Shown here: in pieces, positions 53,428-64,000 of the stretch
Position numbering within the stretch: position 1 is the stretch's first letter
Layout: each line of letters starts with the position of its first letter
Origin: the human T2T-CHM13v2.0 reference genome, Homo sapiens
Direction: 5' to 3' (one strand)
DNA: 64,000 bases
Assembly: GCF_009914755.1 (NCBI RefSeq)
Contig: NC_060942.1
Notes under the pieces: model-generated
The model's input: the letters and a program-made list of their open reading frames with translations, nothing else
Told to the model about the DNA's origin: nothing
The model's database searches: none
Translations under genes and position numbers: made by a program

Positions 53428-54538
53428 TTGCTTACTATGTGCTAAGCTCTGTGTGCATGTTTATCTGTGTATGTGCATATTTTTCCACCTAAAAATTCTC
53501 ATTTTGCAGCTGAAGAAGTCAAGATCTAAGAAATCTAAGTAACTTGTTCAAGGTCATCACCTATTAAGTGGCATGGCTGAAATTTAAACCCATGTGGTCT
53601 AACTCTAGGACTCCCACTTATATCATACTGAATAGTGAAATTTGGAGAATTAGTAAGTAGAAGAAACGTATTTTAAAGACCTCGCCTGAACTGCCATATT
53701 AATCGCTGAACATCGTGTGTAGCTGCCCCTCCTTTATCTCTGCATGAGGTTACCTCTCCAGCCACTCGCTTTCCTCCCCTCGTTCACAATTTGCCCGGAG
53801 GGAGGATGCCTGTGTCCTGGCATCTGGGAGGTGATTCTCCTTGGAGCTGTCAGTGCCGCCTCCCTCCCTTCCTCTCAGGTTGCCTTGCCATCCCTTACAG
53901 TGTGATTCCATCCAGATGGCCAAATCATAACCCCATTATAAAGATAATTGCTTAACTAAAGCTAATATTTATTATTTGATTCAGGATTTTCTTTCCTCCT
54001 GGTCTGAACATAACAAAAACACAATGCTTTAAAATGTCACCATGACCATCTGGTTGTTGCCTATCAGTTCTTGACATCATTTGAGTGGCTTGTTTATTTT
54101 GGGGTTTCCATGACTGGGATAGCACAGGAGGCATTTTGGAAAGTACTGGGACTACTGAACAGGAACTCAGACTTAGGAGGGACCCAGGCGTCCGTACTTC
54201 TCCCTTCCCTGTTCTCCTGGCATTATTTCTACAGAATATCTGACAGGTAGAGTTCACCCTCAGTTTTGGAGATTTCTGATCCAGTCATTGAGAGATTTGG
54301 TTTTTAAGAAGTTCTGCCTTTCTCTATGCCAAGGTTCTATCCTCTGGAACTACACAGTATAAGGGGCTTCACATGGTCAGATGCTCCAAAATTATAAAAC
54401 CACCATCATGTCATTTGGAAGACACCCTTATTCCACAGTGAGGGTTTTTCATTTCTTGTCCTCACTTTCCTAATCTTTCCCCTCCCATCGGACTCCAGGA
54501 CTTCTCTTAATATGGGTAACTATAATTCTCAGAAGCAC

Positions 54539-54645
54539 TTTTTTTTTTTTTTCTGAAAGGGTCTTTCTCTGTCACCTAGGCTGGAGTGGTGCAATCATAG
54601 CCAACTACAGCCTCCAATTCCTGGGCTCAAGCAATCCTCTTTCCT
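54539..54645 (-). mobile_element. Truncated Alu monomer (FLAM/AluJ-like)
   Basis: Poly-T then agggtctttctctgtcacctaggctggagtggtgcaatcatagc...ctgggctcaagcaatcctc. Confidence 0.85.
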
Positions 54646-54708
54646 TGATTCCCATTGTACAGATGGATGATTCCCATTGTACAGATGGATGATTCCCATT
54701 GTACAGAT
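54646..54708 (+). repeat. 22-bp unit x about 2.9 (tgattcccattgtacagatgga), a MIR core triplication
   Basis: Identical units at 54646, 54668 and 54690. Confidence 0.95.
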
Positions 54709-54879
54709 TAAAAAACTGACTCAAAGGTGGATGAAACAATGTGTTCAAAATCAACCCCTGACTTTTTTACAGTCCGGTGGAAAGTCACTCCTTGTCCACT
54801 GTTCTTTTCTCTGTAGACCGTTACCTGCTCATGGTATACGACTTTGTGATAAAAAGTGCTCAGAGCATTAGTTTTCTTT

Positions 54880-55590
54880 TTTAAAAAAAATTGGTTTTGT
54901 TGCTAATTTTTAAGTGAACTACCTCAGATACATTACAAGAGTTTGATTAATTGTATGAGGAACATTTTTGTAGCCACTACCCAACTTCAGAAATAAAACA
55001 TTACAGATATCAGCTTGCATATCCTTGTATAATAACTCCTATCCCATGTCCCTCCTTTTGCCTCAGAAGTAATCGTTATTCTAAATTTGATGATCATCAT
55101 TCTCCATTTATATATATATATATAGCCCTACGCAACAATATCGGTCTGCATTTTATTAAATTTCATAGCTGTCTATAGGTATCCTGATTTTTTTTTTCAC
55201 TCAACAGATTGGTTTTGAGATTCATCCATATCGATGCGTAGGACCATAATTCATGCTTTTCTATGGCCTATGTTATTCCTGTCAATGGATATATCATTTA
55301 TTTACTCAACTTACTGTCGATGGACATTTAGGTTCTTTCTCATATTTGCCATCCTAATGATGCTTCAACGAACATTGTACTTCTAAGTTCTTATTTCTCT
55401 AGGGTTTGCCTAAAAGTAAAACTGCAAGGTCATAAGGTATGTGGATCTTCAACTTTAGCAATTTTATCGGATATTACCATATTGCTTTTGCATGTTATGC
55501 CCACCAGCAGTCACTGAAGGGTTCCATGGTGCTACCTCTTCACCCACACTTAGTTGTATCATACTTCGCCAGCCTGATAGGTATGATCAT
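54880..55590 (-). mobile_element. L1ME-like 3' region
   Basis: ttttttcactcaacagattggttttgagattcatccatatcgatgc...gatggacatttaggtt...cccaccagcag. Confidence 0.7.
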
Positions 55591-56479
55591 CATTGTTTTG
55601 GGCAAAACAGGCATCATTATTGCTAATTTATATTAGCATGTAGAAAACTAAATTTAATTAAAGTTAACTGGCTTGAACAAGCTACACAGTTCAGACAAGA
55701 ATACAAACTCTTTGGCAGGAGTTAGAATTTGGTCCACTGATATCAGCCATTACCAATATTTCCTAGATATTGGTTTAAAAGGAACACTATCCTAGGTGCC
55801 ATGGGGCATTGCTAGGAAATGTATTTGCATGTGTTAATGGAGGCAAGGGACAGAAAAAGTGGGTTTACAGTTTGGACCTGTGCTGCTTTCGGAGATGTAA
55901 GTGACATGCACACTATGTCGGTCTCTATAACAGCAAGATATGTAATCATGGGGTTCTATTGATGTGCATATGCTCAGGCAGATATTAAAGCCAAAGCAGG
56001 TCATTGACTGTAGGAAGAAGCAAGCAGGATGGTGGGGTACAGCAGGCCAAATGCCAGCGGGGTTACTAGAGCAGTTCCTTAGAGAGGGTTTATAGACAAA
56101 TAGCACAGAGATGGCAGTGGAAATTCCCTTGGCACTCTTTGTTGGCCTAGAGGGGCCTGGGACAATGGCTACTAATCAGATCCAGAAGCTGAGGCCTGTA
56201 CAAACTTCTGCTGTGTGCCTGCCAGCTTCAGACATGGGCAGGTACTGAGATAATAGGTATAAGACCCAATTCTTGCTTCGGGCTTGGTATCCAGTCAGCC
56301 AGCAAGAACAAGGAAGAAAAAAGCATTTTAGGCTTTGCATACACAGCACATACTAAAAAGAAATGAACATGATGAAAGAGTTCATGGTGGGGAGTAGCAG
56401 CACTAAAGCTGAAGGGAAAAGTCAGAAGGCTGTGGTAGGGAGCTTTGAATGCTGAGCGACATCACTGAAATATCACCCA

Positions 56480-56730
56480 GTAATCATATCAGCATACTTA
56501 GCCCCTGCTATAGTCTAGTCTCTACACACTCTAAACACATAATCACATTTAATCCTCTCAGTCACTATATGAGATATGTATACTCCTATCCACACTTATA
56601 GAGGAGGGAACTGAGCACAGAAAGGTTAAAAGACTTGCCCAAAATCTCAGTTTTCCCATGGCAGAGCCAATCTTTGGACCAAGGCAGGGTAACTATATGA
56701 TCTGGGCTCCTGACCACCATACTCTACTCC
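56480..56730 (-). mobile_element. MIR
   Basis: cacatttaatcctctc...ttatagaggagggaactgagcacagaaaggttaaaagacttgccc. Confidence 0.75.
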
Positions 56731-57244
56731 GCAACTATAAGATCTTGGAGCTTCTAAGCAGAGGTGAGTTAAAGACATATGGCTTATTTAAAAAATATTC
56801 AAATGCCTGGCCCCACCACTGGACATTCAGATTTGACATTTCTGAAAGACTGAAAAACTCCTTCGGTAATTCTGATGTGCATGCATTCTTGATTGACAGC
56901 CACTGCATCAGCTGTTGGTAGCCACTTGGGTTCTGATAAGCCAACATCCTCAAAGTTGAGTAGTTGAGAAAGGGGGTGTTGGAACCAAAGTAGTGATTTA
57001 GGAGGACTGATCTGTGTGATTCTTGACAGGGACTAAGGAAGTCAAGAGAATGGAGATGGGGAGATAGTGGCAGATTATGCAGAGGCCAAGACGTGGGAGA
57101 TGAGAGCTGTGTCAGAATGGGAGAACAGAAATGAAATAAGCCATTGATGCTGGAGACAAGCTATGACTATCTAAAAATAGTCATGGATACCTTCAAGTGA
57201 AGAAGTCTTAGTGAGTGACCAAGTCCTCATGCCATTGAGTCCAC

Positions 57245-57470
57245 CATAGTGGGTGACACATGAGCTCTGGTTCAAATCCTTGCTCCATCCCTTACAAGCT
57301 GTGTGACTATGGGGAAGTTATCTAACATTTCTGGACTTCGTTTGGCTCATTTATAAAATGAAAATAATGATAGGCCCTCCATCACTGGGTGATTACACAT
57401 ACATAGCACTTAACGTGGTGTTTTTCTCACAATACATTATCAATAAATGTTAGCTCTTATTATTTTTATT
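57245..57470 (+). mobile_element. MIR
   Basis: ggttcaaatccttgctccatcccttacaagctgtgtgactatggggaag...caataaatgttagct. Confidence 0.8.
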
Positions 57471-58754
57471 GGTAGGAAAGGTAAATTTGTTATGTGAGCA
57501 ATATGAGAGACAATCAGCTAAGATTTCGAGATTTTGGTCTTAGATGTGGCAAGATCTCTGATCCTTCTACAGGCTACCTTCAGACTAGAAAAAAAAAAAG
57601 CCTGCTTTTTTCAAAATGACAGCAGCTTCGTTTTCAATGAAAATGATGCTAATTACTGGGTATTGACCTAAGATGAATTTCTCTTTGATGAACTCCATAC
57701 TGCTCTTCAGAAAACCTAGCCAAATCATCTCAAATACCAGGAAGTGTGGGGTAATGAAGCAAATGGGGGGAAAATGTGGATCAGAAAAAATTATTGCTAC
57801 AAAAATATTTTCAGTAAGTTTGTTCCCTTCATAAATAGTGTGAATGGAATGCCTCTGCAATCAGCTGAAAGCCTGATCTTCGCTGTGGGCTAATTGCTCG
57901 TCTGGTTAGTGCAGAATTTAATTTGTGCTATTGTGCAGGCAAGGCTGAGAGCGTGAAATAAACAATGTGTGTTAATTTCACGTTTTCCAGTCTACTTAGC
58001 CAAAGAGAGAGCTCAGGCTCCTCTCAGGCCTCACCCCACCCCCTCCCCAGCTTCGCATCCCAGAGTTGCAGACCACAGAGGGGCGGGGTATGTGCTGACT
58101 GCAGGTGCAGGGTTCTTGCCCCAAGACCAAAGGCTCAGGGAAGCCGGTTGGCCTCGTCAGTGATGCTGATGGAGGACATACATGGTGCACACCCTCCACC
58201 ACCACACGCCCAGGGTTGGTGCTCCAGATCTTTCTTCTAAGACAAATGGGCACCTGCTGATGCAATGCAGCTGGCTTTATCCTCTCAAGTTTAATGATGT
58301 CCTTGGTCCCCTATGGAGCTTTCACTGGGGCAAATGGAGAGCCACCAAACCGGATGGCATCCATACTGAACAGACTAATTTGATGAGCTGAGGGGATTTT
58401 CCTCTGGTGAGGGAAGAATACATATCTTCATCAAGAGGGGGACTAGATGCCCACTTCTAGGATGGGATTGGAGGAAGGCTGGGCTGGCCTCCCTTCCTGC
58501 TCCACACTAGGAATATGAGGAATGGGAGCTAAGTCATCCCCACCTTCTTTCTCCATGACTGCAGGGCCTGAGACCCAAGAGAAGTCATTTGCTCAGAGTC
58601 ATAGAGCAACTAGACTCTTGACTAGGCCTCAAACTCACAAAGACCTCATTCCCCTCCCAGTACTTTCTGCTATACCGTCTCTCATTCAGTCTATATAATG
58701 AGCAAAATTATATAGACCTAATGAGAGAATTAAATATCTTCTCCTTGATAATTA

Positions 58755-58972
58755 ATTGTGAGCAGGGATCCTGAAGTAAGGCGGCCTGAATTCAAATCCT
58801 AGTTCTAGCTCAGTAATATTTCACAAGCTACAGTGCCTCAGTTTCCTTACCTGTAAAAAGAGCATATAGTCTATAGGGTTATTATGACCATCAAACTAGT
58901 TAATACATGTAAAGTGCTTAGAACAGTGCCTGGCATAACTAAGTGCTCAGTAAACATTAATTATTATTAGTG
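58755..58972 (+). mobile_element. MIR
   Basis: gcctcagtttccttacctgtaaaa...taatacatgtaaagtgcttagaacagtgcctggcataactaagtgctcagtaaac. Confidence 0.85.
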
Positions 58973-59639
58973 TTACCATTTAGGATTTTTCAACATCTTA
59001 CCTGTTCTTATCAGAAGATTTTTGTCTCTGTGTAATCAGATATTTCTGTTCCCCTAGAAAAGGGCTTTCTGTTCCCTTACCTTCACTATGCCATCCCTCC
59101 TGTTTTTATTGTTGAAAATCTAAGAGGGAAATTTCAGTCTTCAGAAAGGCCTGGGTTCCTTTCTAATTGAGAGAAGAGCAGATTTGAAGTCATGGATGCC
59201 CATCCGTGCAATGGCAGGAAGCTTGCCTTATTTGTCTCTGTCTTTCCAGTGACAAGCACAGGCCTGACACAGTGTGTCTTGAATATGTGCCGGAGCACCA
59301 GAAAGCACAGCAGAAGAGGCCAGATGTGGTCTTCATGGCCACAGAGGCCAAAGAACAAAGTGAAAAGAAAATCTTCTTGCCCTTGATCATGAGGGTGACT
59401 GGTGTTTCTTCTTAGGGAAACAATATCAATCTTATTTTAATCCATTAAAGCATAGGGTAGAGCAACCTTGCCCGTGTCCAAGATACACCACTGCATATGT
59501 TCTCAGTGGAATCTCCATAAATAAGTAGTAAACCCCTCCTAGTTAAAATACAAAATACTGAAGATACAGAGATTGTGCCTGTCCTCAGGGAAGCCATAAT
59601 CCTCATAAGTAGTCATCCTAACCATGATAATGCAACCTC

Positions 59640-59800
59640 ACATTGAAACAGCACTCTGAGGTTTGTAAAGCACTGTGTGGACAGTTTCTATACTGCAGAT
59701 TAGGACACCAGGATAATGAAAGGTTGAGGGACTTGCCCAAGGTCACACAGTTGGGATATGACCCTATGTCTGTTGCCTTGAGGTCCTCTCCTCTCTCCAC
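59640..59800 (-). mobile_element. MIR
   Basis: gaaaggttgagggacttgcccaaggtcacacag. Confidence 0.7.
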
Positions 59801-62509
59801 TGCACCGATCTATATCTCCATGAAATAAGGGGTATCTGTCCTGACAAACTTGCCCCACTGACTCTTGGCAATTGCAGAGAATAGGCACATTTTTTGATGT
59901 ACTAGGTGAGGCTGTGTAACCTGGAGATAAAAGAACAAAAATCCTTCAACAATGTTGTAATGTCCTTGGAAGTCTGGGGAAAATTAATAGTACTAGCAAT
60001 AAAGCAACCACAAGCTAAGGAGCATTTACTGCATGTGAGACACTGGAGTAGAGTTATAAAAGGGGGCGCAGAGATAAGGAAGATACTGTCCCTGCCTTCT
60101 GATGCATCACAAATTAAGAAGATAATAAGAGTGTCCACAGAAGCAAACCTCATGTTAGCATGTGGTAGCTGACTACCTGGGTTGCGTGGACTGAATGTGG
60201 CTTCGAGTTTGAGAGGAGGTTAGTCTACAAATGCTGGGCTGGAGTTAAGCATACAAAAACAGAACCAGGTAAGAGATGACCCCAGAAGGCACTTCAATGG
60301 CTCCCTGACAATAAGAAGAACTGTATCTCACTGCAGGTAGGAGTCATCAGAGGAAGCTTCAGGAGGCAGGGGAACCTACAGGGGCCTCCAGAAGGGAGAA
60401 GTTGAATCATTGGAGTAGTGGGACAAGGGATTTCAGACAGGAGTGTCAAGATCAAAGGCACCAGAAAAGGCAGGGTGCATCAGATCTGATTCCAGTTGTG
60501 GTCTAATTGGAAAGGTCATTTGGCTGTGATGACAGGCAGATTCTAACACTCTAGCATGGGGAAGATGATTGTTTAGTGCCTTACCCAGCAGAAGGAGGGT
60601 GGGGGAGAAAAGAAGGAATGTTTGGGATAAGAACACTACCATCTGAATATTCTACATGACTTCCCTGTTTGGCCAGTGCTCACAGGTTAGACAGTGAGCA
60701 AGTGGAGCCTGATTAGACAGGTAAACAAGAGGCTGAGAATTTTCCTGGCTTGGAGGAACCTGAGCAACCCCCATCCCTAATTATATGTTGTGTCTCAGAA
60801 CCATCCCATCCCATCCCATGGCCCAGTAATACATGAGTACTCCTGACTGGGGGCTTGAGGGTTCCCTAAATGCTTGTATTTTGGCCGTAAGAAGAGAAGG
60901 GAATGAGATGAGATTCAAGTGGTCCACAAACCCTCCACTATCCTCAAGCAGGCATCACATAGTAGTTCTCTCCTTCAAGGTTCTCCTGAAGTTCATTTGT
61001 AGCTGGTTTTCCCTAGAAGGAAATATGTGGAGCTAAAGGAGAAGAGGTTGGCGTGGAAAAGGTAGCACACAGTGCCTTCAGAAGCCATATTCCATTGCTC
61101 CTTTTGAATGAGATGTTACCACAGTGAGAATATAAATACCGCTGGGAGGGGGACCCCATGAATTGCCATCTGCATTTAGGAGAGAATTTGCTTGTTAGAC
61201 TTTTCTCTGTGCCTCCTCTCTGAGAGCTGACTCTTGTGGAAGAAGTAGGGGGCTATTCTCAGGGACCCCAGAGGGAGCAAGTACCCCACACCCTATGCCA
61301 TTTGTGCCTCCCTCCCGGCTTGGGGAGCTGTTGAACCAAAGGAGAGCCCAGAGGAGAAAAGTACAAAGCAGAGGCCAGCAGAGTCCCCACAGAAATTTCT
61401 GCAGCTTCACAATCTCTCAGCAGGCTAATGTGGGCTCTGTCTTCAGCTTTCCTTCCTGAGAAAGCCCTAGGAAGGACCCAAGGTCTCAGTCCGAAAAGAC
61501 CCTCGGAGGCAGAGCAAATGATGGCCACCAGGAGGCTGCCTGCACTGCAGTGCATCAGAGGTTGAGATAAAGGGAAGAGGAGGTCGGAGTGTGGGATCTC
61601 AGAGGTTAAGTGACCCAGAGGGGAAGGTGAAGGGCTTGTCCAAGGCACATAGCCATTTGTTTCAGTAAATGCATCAGCATGTCTGGCATTTGAAATCTAA
61701 CATAGGAAATTGGATTTGTCATATGTTCCAAAGAAACTGACTTTTGAGGGCATCTGAGGACCCGATATAAAGGTTTAGAGATCCTGCATTTAGACTTCTC
61801 ATGATGCGTGGACCTACCTGGAGCTTCAAAAATTTACAAGTGTGAGAATTCTGAAGTGAGGTTTCGAGGAGAGTATAGCAGTACTCTGGGTGCTCTGGCC
61901 TTTGCAGTCACCAACTACACACATGACCTGAAGGACTCTTCGCACAGGAAGCTTCCATGGACAGAACTACCCTTCCCTTCACCTCCAGCTCCCAAACCTT
62001 TTCCATCCTTCAGGAATCAGTTCAAGGACAGTGCTCCATGAAGGCATCTGCAAATAGCCAACACTAATCTCTGTGCTCTCCTCCCAAGGGTGAGCTAGTG
62101 AAAGCACCCAGCTAAAGAGTGTTCACTCCATAGGCCCTGCAGTAATCATGGCTTACCTCATTTATGTTCACAGCAAACCTATGAACTGGGCATTCTTCTG
62201 TTCACTGATGGGAAAACTGAGACACAGAAAAACTAAGGCATTAGAACTTAGGTCCAGCTGATTCCAAATTCTGAGCTGTGTACCACAGCTTTCTAATACC
62301 TCCTCTAGCCCTGTGTGCATTGTGGTGTTGATATTAAAACCACCTTAGATTATAACTTACCTTGCTAGGCTCAGTGGGAAGATGAAGCACTGTAAGATAC
62401 ACATCCCCTTTTGTTCAGGAAACTTAGAGTCTAATAGATAGATCAAGCATAGAAATAGATAGTGAAGACATGGGGTGCACACACGCACATTATATCATGA
62501 CATCAGCCC

Positions 62510-62820
62510 ATAGTCACTGAGCATCTACTATGTGCCAGACATCATGCTATGTTCTCAAAGAGCTTAAGGGAGATCTCAGTCTATGCCCCAGTGAAGCTTG
62601 TAGTCCACTGTGGAAATTAGTCCTTAAGGAAAACGTTTGCAACTAGCTATGTAATTTACAGTATAAAATGTTAGGCAGGGAGAGAAAGATCCATGAGAGA
62701 GAATAACAGGAGCCTGTTTTAGATGGGAAGGTCAGAGAAGGCCTCCCTTCTAAAGTGTCATTTTAGCTAAGATTTGAAAGATGAATAAGAGCTGGCAAAA
62801 TATAAGGAGGTTGTAATATG
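62510..62820 (-). mobile_element. L2 3' region
   Basis: actgagcatctactatgtgccagacatc...gaaggtcagagaaggcctcccttctaaagtgtcattttagctaagatttgaaagatgaataaga. Confidence 0.75.
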
Positions 62821-63223
62821 GGGAGGGATGATTTCCGGTCAGAGCCCCGAGGCAGGAAGAAACATGAAACTCGAAAATCACCTCTAGCCCAGGCAGCCAG
62901 CTGTGTTCCCCAGCTTTTGCCATCCTTTTTGGGTTTCTGGAGCCCCAGGACCCCACACTCTGAATGCCCTGGGCTTGACAGATGTCTCCTCCCCTTCTGT
63001 CTCCTCCACTGGTTTATTTCTGATGATGTTATCCACAGCTTCAATCTGAGCTCAGCCTCTTGCTTTGTCCATTTCCTCCTTTGGATCGCAGTGGGGGCTT
63101 CTGAGCCACATGGATGATGAGGCTCATGCTTCATGAGCCCCACCTCAAGAGCTTTGGAGCCCCACCTTTGGAGCCCCACCTTTCCTTTGGAGCCCCACCT
63201 CAAGAGCTCTTTCCTTGTGTCTA

Positions 63224-64000
<777 letters not shown>

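Noticed and set aside
54646-54708. Short direct repeats as a CRISPR-like array
   Set aside because: No spacers, MIR-derived unit, eukaryotic DNA
61522-61539. CTCF-like motif tggccaccaggaggctgc (also ccactaggtggaag near 20899)
   Set aside because: Mismatches at core positions; cannot be supported without ChIP data

Overview
This is primate (human-like) non-coding DNA, either intronic or intergenic. It is dominated by interspersed repeats: Alu, L1PA/L1MA/L1MC/L1ME, many MIR and L2, CR1/L3, THE1/MST/MLT1/LTR16/LTR33/MER57 LTRs, and MER8/MER20/MER33/MER58/MER5/MER104 DNA transposons. I find no credible protein-coding exon, RNA gene or CRISPR array; the ORF track is repeat-derived or chance ORFs. 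I cannot name the locus and see no new gene system. The unexplained structure is a set of local DNA-copying events. Two inverted duplications of mostly unique sequence (13427-13914/14767-15258 and 38831-39177/39661-40008) each have the derived copy inserted 0.5-0.85 kb downstream inside an old repeat, and the first has a multi-step templated junction. There is also a near-perfect 229-bp tandem duplication, a chimeric L1 with two 3' ends from different subfamilies nested three deep, and several snap-back templated micro-insertions. A repeat-free block with a near-consensus RFX X-box plus an AP-1 site is the best enhancer candidate. Repeat subfamily names are recalled from consensus sequences by eye, and boundaries of old repeats are approximate.
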